This document shows positions 8,274 to 16,881 of a stretch of DNA of 28,358 nucleotides, one piece after another. The notes under the pieces are model-generated. The model had not been told where the DNA came from. It ran no database searches and worked only from the letters and a program-made list of their open reading frames with translations. The translations under genes and the position numbers were made by a program. Position 1 is the first letter of the stretch; the number at the start of each line of letters is the position of its first letter. This DNA comes from a bacterium (GTDB lineage Bacteria > Zhuqueibacterota > Zhuqueibacteria > Residuimicrobiales > Krinioviventaceae), in contig CAXXFV010000037.1 of the NCBI GenBank assembly GCA_963674595.2, positions 1 to 28,358 on the forward strand, written 5' to 3'.

Positions 8274-9653
8274 TTATGACTTAAAAATATAATCCGTTCC
8301 ATAGGGAAATCTTTGGGGCCTGGAGAGCATGGCATTTGCTTCGTCGTCATTATTGAACCGTTCCCTTTTGGGGTCCCAATAGAGTTTTCTGGGTAATTTC
8401 ATTGCGATATGAGATACCAAACAAGCTGAACAGGAACGATGTCCTACTTCTACCGGAGCAACAGGTTGTTTACGCGTTTTTATACTGTTTAGCCAGTCAC
8501 CATGCTGTTCTTCACTCACTTGCAGCTTGATAGCATTTGCACCCAGAGGCTCCAATATTTTTGAGTCACTGGCTACAAGCGCCTGATTGTATTTTGATTT
8601 TACATCCGGATCACTATCTGTCACTTTTTTGTTTTCTCTGGTAACAAACAACCAACCTTCATCGCCTTCAAAACGTACACCTACCGGATTTTTATCGCTT
8701 ATTTGCATGGTAACGCCGTTTGCATATTTTGCTTCAATTTGATAAGGTCCATGAACGTTCCATAAGCCGGATTTTGGAAACTCTGCGGTACCTTCTATTT
8801 CAATCGGACCGGAATATTCTGTTCCCATACCCCAATGAGCAATATCCAGATGATGGGCGCCCCACCCTGTTATCATACCGGCGCCAAACTGTTCGCACCG
8901 AAGCCATCCGGGACGTGAAAAATCATTTTGAGGATGCACGCGTTTTTCCGTGTAATACACATAAGGTGTAGAACCAAGCCACATTTCATAGTTTAAATTT
9001 GCAGGAACAGGCATTTCCGGTTCAACATCACCACCGGGGTCTGTCGGGAGCCCGATTTTTATGGTATGAATATTACCAAGTCTTCCGTTTCGAACAAGTT
9101 CACAGGCAAAACGAAAATGTTCTATGGAACGCTGCTGACTACCGACCTGTAAAATGCGGCCAGTCCGGTAAACGACATTACTCATCATACGGCCTTCGGC
9201 AATGGTCAGCGACGCCGGTTTTTGCAGATAAATATCCTTTCCGGCCAACGCCGCTTCAATGGCCGGTTGAACATGCCAATGGTCCGGAGTACTGACAATA
9301 ACGGCATCAATATCTTTATTTTGCAGCAGTTCTTTATAGTCAGCATAGGTTTTTACATCAACCGATTTTTCTTTTCTGTTTTCCTGATACCATTGTTTTA
9401 TAAATTCTTTGCCCTTCTTTAAACGATTGGAATCCACATCACTGACTGCAACGATTCGGGCATGATTATATTTCATGGTTTCCGGCATATCATGAGATTG
9501 AGCAATTCGGCCAAACCCGATTTGTCCGACGTTAATTGTGTTACTCGGAGCTGTTTTCCCTAATACGGAAGCAGGAACAATTGCCGGCGCTGAAATAAGG
9601 GAAACAGCACCTAAGGTTCTTTTTAAAAATTGACGTCGATTTTGTCCTTTCAT
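8274..9653 (-). CDS. Tat-exported Gfo/Idh/MocA-family NAD(P)-dependent oxidoreductase
   Basis: Twin-arginine signal NRRQFLK; Rossmann VGQIGFGRIA; DAVIVSTPDHWH; YLQKP (EKP-like); QVGSQQRS; GWGAHHLD; GAGG RBS. Confidence 0.93.
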   Translation of the reverse strand: MKGQNRRQFLKRTLGAVSLISAPAIVPASVLGKTAPSNTINVGQIGFGRIAQSHDMPETMKYNHARIVAVSDVDSNRLKKGKEFIKQWYQENRKEKSVDVKTYADYKELLQNKDIDAVIVSTPDHWHVQPAIEAALAGKDIYLQKPASLTIAEGRMMSNVVYRTGRILQVGSQQRSIEHFRFACELVRNGRLGNIHTIKIGLPTDPGGDVEPEMPVPANLNYEMWLGSTPYVYYTEKRVHPQNDFSRPGWLRCEQFGAGMITGWGAHHLDIAHWGMGTEYSGPIEIEGTAEFPKSGLWNVHGPYQIEAKYANGVTMQISDKNPVGVRFEGDEGWLFVTRENKKVTDSDPDVKSKYNQALVASDSKILEPLGANAIKLQVSEEQHGDWLNSIKTRKQPVAPVEVGHRSCSACLVSHIAMKLPRKLYWDPKRERFNNDDEANAMLSRPQRFPYGTDYIFKS

Positions 9654-9674
9654 TGTGACCTCGCTTTTTATAAG

Positions 9675-10406
9675 TTACTTTTTTAAACTCCATAATATCC
9701 CGCCTTCCAGGTGTTTCAGAAAAACCGGATCAGAATAATGTTCAATTTTATGTCCCAAAGCTGTATAAAACTGTCTTCCGCCTTCAAATTCATGATACCA
9801 TGCCAGGGGTATATAATGGCCGAAAGCAGTTCCGGGATATTCGTCTTTTTTATCATCTTCAATTGTGTTTAAATCAGCGGCTAATAAAACAGTGATATCC
9901 AGGCCAAACGTATCCAAATAATAGCATTCGTCTTCCCATGCCCAGGTGTTCTTGAGAAAAAAAGTTGAAGGATGATCATGGTTTATAACTTTAATATCAA
10001 AAGGCTGCATTTTAGGATGCCGCACAAATTTTCCGCCCACCATTGCCCAATACCAAGGCCATTGCCGTTCAGAAGCACAGGCCGAATGAATGCCCACATA
10101 GCCGCCACCGTTATGGATATAGTTTACAAAGGCATCACGCTGGGCCTGCGTATCAAAAGCTTTATTATTTGAATTTGAAAATATAATGGTTTTGTAATTT
10201 TGTAAATTTTCATCAGTAAAAAGTGCAGGATCCTCTGATACTCGTACAGTCAAATTGTTTTGGGCACAAATTTTCTTTAACGCTTCAACACTGGCAGGGA
10301 TATTATCATGCACATATCCCTCACCATTTTTCGTGTAAATCAGTACCTGAGAAAATGACATATTCGCTCCCAGACACAAAAGCAAAAAAACGATTAATTT
10401 TTTCAT
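9675..10406 (-). CDS. Secreted ThuA-like domain protein
   Basis: Signal peptide; VLIYTKNGEGYVHDNIP, GGGYVGIHSA, GGKFVRHP, WEDECY, GGRQFYTALGH, FLKHLEGGILW. Confidence 0.88.
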   Translation of the reverse strand: MKKLIVFLLLCLGANMSFSQVLIYTKNGEGYVHDNIPASVEALKKICAQNNLTVRVSEDPALFTDENLQNYKTIIFSNSNNKAFDTQAQRDAFVNYIHNGGGYVGIHSACASERQWPWYWAMVGGKFVRHPKMQPFDIKVINHDHPSTFFLKNTWAWEDECYYLDTFGLDITVLLAADLNTIEDDKKDEYPGTAFGHYIPLAWYHEFEGGRQFYTALGHKIEHYSDPVFLKHLEGGILWSLKK

Positions 10407-10425
10407 TATATTCCTTTATTCTAAA

Positions 10426-11664
10426 TCAATAAATTTTTAACATTTCTACTTTTGGTGGTTCTACAAATTGCTGCCATAACTGTTCAAGTTGTTGTGCTTC
10501 AAGCTTGTCTGTAAATGTCACAATTCGATATTGAAGTATATATTTTTTATTCGGTTCAAGCGGCCATTCCTTTTCCCGGATCGGACAAAAGCCAAAGTAA
10601 ACGTCGCCGCGTCCACCGTTGCTTTCAACCGGCCATACACGCATGGGTTCAGGATGGTCATAATTTTCCGTATGACTAAAAAAGGCTATACCGGCCCTGG
10701 TTAAATTTTCCGTATCTCCAGTTAAACAACACCACCTGGCCCTGGTAGCATCGGCACTGAGCCTTGTTTTCATCTCTGAAGTCAATACATCACTATTTTG
10801 GTTCGTCCAAAATTCGGTTGCCCGAAACCCGATACCACCTCCATACCGATACTGTTCGAGAATTATGGTATCCTTTTGTAAATTTTCAAGAGTGGTGGTA
10901 AAATCCCAAATATACATACTATCAACATTTGAATTTTTCCACACCTTCACGTCCCAGTTTTCCCGAATAACAGGAACACGAACAGAATCAAAAAATGCAA
11001 TATGGGTATGAAGAGAAGAGAAACCGGAAAAAACAGGTCCATTAAAAATATCATTATATTTTTCAAACTGAACGGTCCCCTTTTTATCACCCAGATTCCA
11101 AAAATCTATCGTTCTGTCCTGAACTTTCACCCGTGTCCAGGGGTTCCAGAAACCCAAATGATGCAAATGGTCAGGAGGATGACTACGAGATAATATAGTG
11201 CCGTCCGGAGCATACACCGGATGGATATATCCCCCCCGTTTAAAACAGTCAGCGAGTTCTGTTGATTTGTCCAACGGATTATGATTGTATTGCAGAACAG
11301 AATTTTTACCATTTTTTAATACAAGATAATCTTTGGTTAATTCTGAGGCAACGGGAGATTTATCGCCTTTAACCGAATTAAGTTTATATTTGAGTGTTTG
11401 TGGAGAATTACAACTTTTGTTCACCATCCAATATACCCGGTCATTCAGGGAATCATATTGACAGGGTACATCCATCTCTTTGTCTCCATCAAACCGAACA
11501 AGAGAAAAATGACTATCCTTATTTATTTCAAATTGTGAAACAGATATGGAGACCGGTATCTCTGCGGTTACAGGGTCTTTGATTATCACATTAAACTCGG
11601 CCAACTCTTTAGCATCAAGACAGCCAATGGAAATGAACAACAGAACAACTAATAAATTTCTCAT
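10426..11664 (-). CDS. Secreted DUF6807 / 'PmoA-family' (PF14100-like) protein; not a methane monooxygenase
   Basis: Signal peptide (possible lipobox SIGC); RGGYIHPVYAPDG, HPPDHLHHLGFW, YRYGGGIGFRA, HPEPMRVWP, LQYR motifs characteristic of this sugar-locus-associated family. Confidence 0.8.
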   Translation of the reverse strand: MRNLLVVLLFISIGCLDAKELAEFNVIIKDPVTAEIPVSISVSQFEINKDSHFSLVRFDGDKEMDVPCQYDSLNDRVYWMVNKSCNSPQTLKYKLNSVKGDKSPVASELTKDYLVLKNGKNSVLQYNHNPLDKSTELADCFKRGGYIHPVYAPDGTILSRSHPPDHLHHLGFWNPWTRVKVQDRTIDFWNLGDKKGTVQFEKYNDIFNGPVFSGFSSLHTHIAFFDSVRVPVIRENWDVKVWKNSNVDSMYIWDFTTTLENLQKDTIILEQYRYGGGIGFRATEFWTNQNSDVLTSEMKTRLSADATRARWCCLTGDTENLTRAGIAFFSHTENYDHPEPMRVWPVESNGGRGDVYFGFCPIREKEWPLEPNKKYILQYRIVTFTDKLEAQQLEQLWQQFVEPPKVEMLKIY

Positions 11665-11703
11665 CTGAATCCCATTCTGGTTTTTATTGTCATAAAATTT
11701 TTC

Positions 11704-13329
11704 TTAAAAATAACCGGCTTTATTTACATCACCATATTTAACAGCCAAATCAACACGCTTGACCAAAAGATTTTCTTTTTTGGGGGTAATTGTTACAATA
11801 TTATTTCCATTTTTAAGAATGCCGGGTTCTATAAAAAAGGGAAGCACATATTCGCCGTCTGACAAGTTTAAATCCCGACCATACTGTTCAGCTTTATCAT
11901 TCGGACTTTTATGTATGGGTATTCTGTTCATGTTGACATTAATATCATTTAATCCGACAAGCCGTAAAAATAACACCGCATTTTCGTATTTATCAATTTC
12001 TTTTTCTGAAATAAAAATATTTAAAGAACCGTTTTCCTGGGCCATAATTTCCATCGGCAGAGGGGTTTCATGAATATAACCATATTCATTCACACCATCA
12101 CAAAATGTATAAACTTTATTTTTACCTGCAAGAGAGTCCAAATTTGCCAGATCATTAATTAATTGGGGCGTTCTTATTCTGTTAAAGACCTGATCACCTT
12201 TAGCGGGAACAGGTTGATAGTTGTTTTCAAAATAATCTTTAAAGAAAAAGTTGAATAAATAAAGACCGTCTGCACCCTGTCCCAAATGGTGTGCCGCTGT
12301 CCCACGGTATATACCATGTGTTCGAAATTCATAATTTTTGTATTGGCCACAATCCATGCTCGCATAGACGGGTATATCTCTGTTTAAGGATTTTTTAAAC
12401 TCGGCAACGGGAAGGTTCGGATCATCCTGCCAATGAGCGGAAACAGTAATAAAATCAATTAAACCGTCATCAACCCATTTTTGAACATCAAATCCTTTAT
12501 CCAAACACAAAGACATTCGGGGCGGGATACGAACGGATAATAAAACTTTTTTCTTTCGCTCTGCTGAAATATCTTTAATGATATCACGAACTTTTGAGAC
12601 AAAATCGGTCATCAGGTCTTTGTTTTCTCTTCCTTTGCCGTCTTTAAAATAAACCAGAAAACGCAAAAAATCGAGTTCAAAACCATCGATATCGTACATT
12701 TCACATTGTTCTTTGATCAGATCGATTTTATATTGTCTTACCTCCGGGAATGCAAAATCCAAGGCACCATCGGCATGCCACCCATAAGCATCATTCACAC
12801 GAAATTGGGGATTATCAATCCAAAAATCACTTTGAGAGTATGGGCAATATACAGAGGGAATTGTAAAATGCAAATCATTCACACGGAAGGTGATAAAAGC
12901 CTCCATATTATTATACCTAGCGCGATCAAGACAAATTTTAATAATATCCGTATTTTGTTCATTCAGATGTTTAAAATTTTCATAATATTTGAAAACATTT
13001 TCACCAACCTCACAATTTACAGGTTCCGGAAAGGGCTTGGTTCTTTTAACACCAATTGGACGTTCAACTTTAGAATTGTAATAAGGAAGCATGGCGCCGG
13101 AACAGATCATAAAGGTTGTTACCGGCGTTCCGGACAACACATCAACATAAGATTGGACATCCTGAACAGTCAGAGGGCGGCCGTTGTGCCACCGGTTCCC
13201 CAAAATTTCGGTACCATCGTGATTATAAAATAGCCGGTAAGGAGGCTTGTTTTCAGCATTTTTTATCGAATGACACCCTGAAAAAACAATCAAAACACAT
13301 AAAAGAATTAAAAAACGGAAATTCGTCAT
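11704..13329 (-). CDS. Glycoside-hydrolase-like TIM-barrel lipoprotein (GHL10-like, unclassified)
   Basis: Lipobox FSG-C; YNHDG, FRVNDLH, LDFAFPEVR, DIDGFELDFLRF, GADGLYLFNF; beta-rich C-terminal domain. Start placed at ATG 13329 (GAGG 6 nt upstream) rather than 13341. Confidence 0.7.
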   Translation of the reverse strand: MTNFRFLILLCVLIVFSGCHSIKNAENKPPYRLFYNHDGTEILGNRWHNGRPLTVQDVQSYVDVLSGTPVTTFMICSGAMLPYYNSKVERPIGVKRTKPFPEPVNCEVGENVFKYYENFKHLNEQNTDIIKICLDRARYNNMEAFITFRVNDLHFTIPSVYCPYSQSDFWIDNPQFRVNDAYGWHADGALDFAFPEVRQYKIDLIKEQCEMYDIDGFELDFLRFLVYFKDGKGRENKDLMTDFVSKVRDIIKDISAERKKKVLLSVRIPPRMSLCLDKGFDVQKWVDDGLIDFITVSAHWQDDPNLPVAEFKKSLNRDIPVYASMDCGQYKNYEFRTHGIYRGTAAHHLGQGADGLYLFNFFFKDYFENNYQPVPAKGDQVFNRIRTPQLINDLANLDSLAGKNKVYTFCDGVNEYGYIHETPLPMEIMAQENGSLNIFISEKEIDKYENAVLFLRLVGLNDINVNMNRIPIHKSPNDKAEQYGRDLNLSDGEYVLPFFIEPGILKNGNNIVTITPKKENLLVKRVDLAVKYGDVNKAGYF

Positions 13330-13435
13330 ATTTGGCCTCATCGATTCAGGTAATTTGCACAGTTTGTTAATTTGGTGTTTCAGGATAATGCAAAATATAA
13401 TATAGGGTATCTTTTATTTTACAAAAATATCATTT

Positions 13436-14323
13436 TTATTTAAATTCCAGAGCATTTTTGTCACAGCTTTGCAGACATTTTCCACATAAATGACAATCAG
13501 GGACTATCTTTTTTTCCTGTATAATAGCTGATATAGCCGGGCAGGGAGATTGTTTTAAACACATTTTGCAATCGTTACATTTTTGTTTATGAAATTTAAT
13601 TTTTTTAATGGAAAATTGTTCGACAAACCAGGTCATTAAACCAATTGGACATAACAAGTAACAAAAAGGCCGAAACAAAATCAATGATAATATTGCTGTC
13701 ACGATAAAAATAATGGTCACAGGCAGGGTAAATTCCCAGTGTAAAAATTCAAAGGGATTGAGCCAGGAATAAATCGAAATTCCAAAAAGTATAACAAAAA
13801 CTAAAAATGAGATAAAGACAAGGATTCGAATTGTCTGGGTATAACGAAAGGGAATTTTAAATTTTCTTTTTACAAGCGGCAGATTATAAACCAGTTCCTG
13901 GATAGCGCCGATGGGACAATTCCAGCCGCAGAAACTTTTGTTAACAAAAAAGGAAATGATAATAATAAATGCAAATAATGAATAGAACAAGATCGGCACA
14001 GAATAACCACCCTTGAAATACAGGATCGGTTTTTCTATGATACATAAAGGACTCGGATGCAAATCCAGTCCTGAGAAAAATCCGCCGGACAAAAAGTCAG
14101 GCAGAATGACAAATACGATGATGATACCGGTCAACGTCAACAGCCTGATTTTAGTCGAAATTTTTTTATTAACTAAAAGTAAATAACCCAGAGCAATGAA
14201 AAATATACCAACCCACACTCTGGACAACAGCCAATAGGAAAAGAATTCTTTAATTGACGTATCAGCAGCAAAAATGGTTATGGGGATCAATAAAAAAAAG
14301 ACAATCGTAGATAAATAATTCAT
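13436..14323 (-). CDS. Membrane-bound 4Fe-4S polyferredoxin (NapH/MauN/RdxA-like, Fer4_5)
   Basis: Several hydrophobic helices; two CxxxCP motifs (FCGWNCPIG, FCYLLCPIG); C-terminal ferredoxin motifs CNDCKMCLKQSPCP and CHLCGKCLQSC. Confidence 0.88.
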   Translation of the reverse strand: MNYLSTIVFFLLIPITIFAADTSIKEFFSYWLLSRVWVGIFFIALGYLLLVNKKISTKIRLLTLTGIIIVFVILPDFLSGGFFSGLDLHPSPLCIIEKPILYFKGGYSVPILFYSLFAFIIIISFFVNKSFCGWNCPIGAIQELVYNLPLVKRKFKIPFRYTQTIRILVFISFLVFVILFGISIYSWLNPFEFLHWEFTLPVTIIFIVTAILSLILFRPFCYLLCPIGLMTWFVEQFSIKKIKFHKQKCNDCKMCLKQSPCPAISAIIQEKKIVPDCHLCGKCLQSCDKNALEFK

Positions 14324-14340
14324 TTTGCTAAAATATATTT

Positions 14341-16881
14341 TTAAAAAGTAACTAAAAAGGTACGCACCTGATCATGTCCGATTTTGAAACTGAATGTATT
14401 ATCCAGCATTGTAATAATTGGCTGGGATTTTAAAACCTGTTCAATATGATTTGCTTCTACAACTTTTTTGGCATTTGCAGGCAGAGTCACTGTTACACTG
14501 CCGTCCCGACCTTTTGTTTCCCACAGGCGTAAAACAACATTATCAGGTGACCAATCACCCTGCTGCACTTTAACAGCAGAAAGCACAACGTGGTCTGTGT
14601 TGGTACTGAAAAAGGAATGTTCTGCCGGCAAAGAAAAGTCATTTTTTTTCATCTTACCCCAATTAGGCAATTCTCCGGTGTGGTGGTTTTCCTGAAATGC
14701 AATAGGCGGTTGATTGAGTTCGAGCGCCTTTTGAGTGACATTTCCCTCCCGCCAGGAATTCCGGTGAGGAAAAATTGCATAATCAAATACATTAATTCCT
14801 TCATCCATTCTGGGGTCCATGTCTCTGGCGCCCCGGATAACGGAAATATTCATAACATTATTATCAACATCAAAGGCGTATTTGCCATTATTTAAAAGGG
14901 CGATGCCAAAATTATGATTTGAAACATCTATCCAGTTTTGTGCCGGGCGGACAAGACCGTCTGCCGGTCTCTCTATATAGCCATAGGGCTGTTCGAAAAA
15001 GACTGTGCCGCTATCCACAACCGTTGGAAAGGATACTTTTAATAATTTGTCGTGATCATGCCAATCGACCGTTAAACGAAATTCCAATATTTCACTGTTT
15101 GACTTGAGGACAAGTTCACGATTAAAAAAAGAATCCCCGCTTTTATCCTGCCATAACAAAACAACCTGTACCGGCCCTTCTTCAATAATAACCGGTTCAC
15201 CAATTGACTCTAGTTTTTCTTTGAATTCAGATAGAGAAAGGTCCCAGGAAGAGCTGCCTGTTTCATTGATTAATGAGAGAACATTTGCGTCATCTTTTAA
15301 CAGCTCACGTTTATTTTTTATGTCAAAAATACTGGTTACGCCATCAGAGTTCCATTTGATTTTAAAATATTTGTTAACCACAAAATCGGGTCCGAACTGT
15401 ATATCAGATTCTAATGATGAATTTTCATTTTCAATAACACGAAAGGTTTTATAACCCAATGCCGGAATATCATTTGCATAAAAAGTGATATAGGCAATCA
15501 ATCCGTCATCCGACCAGTTATTGATTTGAAAAAGGACATCTTTATCATCAGGACCGACTATTTTCATTTGATCCGGCGGCATGACAAAACGAACAGATGC
15601 ATCAACCACATCCGACCGTTTCCAAGAAACAGGATTATAAACGACAAGAGGGATGCCTTCGCCTCTTGTATCGATACGTGAACCTATAATTTCAAGCCCG
15701 GAACGTAAGAGCCGCTCCCCTTCTTCTTTAGCCCAAACATAGTCGGAAATCGTGTCATCAAAAACATCACCGATAGATGTGCCCGGTAAAATATCATGGA
15801 ATTGATTTCGGAGGACTACTTTCCATAACTCCCGAAAATCAACTCTGGGATAGAGAGGTTTACGCTGCAGCATGGAGCCGATGGTTGCAAATTTCTCAGC
15901 CGTGAGTAAAAGGTTTTCCACATCACGATTGCCTTTTTTAACACGGGCTTGAGAGATATAAGAACCCTGCCAGCTTTCTAAAGCACTGCTGTTTTCACCT
16001 GTTCCGATACCGATTTCACCCTTATGGATCGGCCAGTCTTTTTTTAAGGCATTTAATTTTTTAAAATATTGCTCAGGAGTGCTGTATTTTAAAGAAGGAT
16101 AATTTTTTTGATTTGCAAAATGGTGAAAAGCTTTTATATCCGGTTCACGGGGGCCGCCGCCGTGGTCACCTTCGCCATAAAGGACCATGACGTCTTTAAC
16201 ACCGCTAATGTCAGTCCATTGAACAACGGGTTCAACAAGCTGAGAGTCTATTTTTACATTATAATGTTTGGGTATTTTATAGGCCAGTACTTTGGAACCA
16301 TCCGGGCTTTGCCACCAGAAGATCCTCTTATCTTCTGGAGCACCGCGTCCAAAAACATAATATTTAATACCACAGCCGCTGTATAACATGGGCAAGGTCA
16401 AAGCCTGACCGCAAAAAGAGTCCGGTACCCAGGCAATATCGATAGAATTAATTCCCAGGTATTTTTCCGCAAACTCGTTGCCGATTAAAAACTGACGAAT
16501 AAAGGATTCACCGGCCGGTAAAATCGCATCCGGTTCCGCCCATTGACCACCGACAACGGACCAACTGCCATCCTCAATACGTTTTTTAATTTTGTCGAAT
16601 AGTGCAGGCTGGTTAAACTTGATCTGTTCATAAAGGGCTAATTGACTTTGAGCAAACGTCAATCCTTTTTCCTGTTCCATCATTCTTAAAACGCCCTCAA
16701 ACGTATCCGGACCTACTCTGTCAATGGTTTCATTCCAGCGCCAGCGATAAGCCAGATCAATATGAGCGTTTCCCACCATATATAATGAAATGGAATCCGG
16801 ATTCACATCAGCATAAGATATACGTTCGGAAAGAAAAATTGAAAAAATAAGACATATAAAGATAAAATTATTCAGCCGCAT
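14341..16881 (-). CDS. Secreted GH38 alpha-mannosidase-family protein
   Basis: GNAHIDLAYRW (Zn HxD), GESFIRQFLIG, nucleophile motif WVPDSF, GEGDHGGGP, NQFHDILPGTSI; signal peptide. Likely start is ATG 16881 (alternative 16893), overlapping the upstream stop. Confidence 0.92.
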   Translation of the reverse strand: MRLNNFIFICLIFSIFLSERISYADVNPDSISLYMVGNAHIDLAYRWRWNETIDRVGPDTFEGVLRMMEQEKGLTFAQSQLALYEQIKFNQPALFDKIKKRIEDGSWSVVGGQWAEPDAILPAGESFIRQFLIGNEFAEKYLGINSIDIAWVPDSFCGQALTLPMLYSGCGIKYYVFGRGAPEDKRIFWWQSPDGSKVLAYKIPKHYNVKIDSQLVEPVVQWTDISGVKDVMVLYGEGDHGGGPREPDIKAFHHFANQKNYPSLKYSTPEQYFKKLNALKKDWPIHKGEIGIGTGENSSALESWQGSYISQARVKKGNRDVENLLLTAEKFATIGSMLQRKPLYPRVDFRELWKVVLRNQFHDILPGTSIGDVFDDTISDYVWAKEEGERLLRSGLEIIGSRIDTRGEGIPLVVYNPVSWKRSDVVDASVRFVMPPDQMKIVGPDDKDVLFQINNWSDDGLIAYITFYANDIPALGYKTFRVIENENSSLESDIQFGPDFVVNKYFKIKWNSDGVTSIFDIKNKRELLKDDANVLSLINETGSSSWDLSLSEFKEKLESIGEPVIIEEGPVQVVLLWQDKSGDSFFNRELVLKSNSEILEFRLTVDWHDHDKLLKVSFPTVVDSGTVFFEQPYGYIERPADGLVRPAQNWIDVSNHNFGIALLNNGKYAFDVDNNVMNISVIRGARDMDPRMDEGINVFDYAIFPHRNSWREGNVTQKALELNQPPIAFQENHHTGELPNWGKMKKNDFSLPAEHSFFSTNTDHVVLSAVKVQQGDWSPDNVVLRLWETKGRDGSVTVTLPANAKKVVEANHIEQVLKSQPIITMLDNTFSFKIGHDQVRTFLVTF

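Noticed and set aside
10426-11664. 'PmoA' family label implying methane oxidation
   Set aside because: This is a soluble exported protein with no TM helices beyond the signal and no pmoB/pmoC. The family name is misleading and the context is sugar metabolism.
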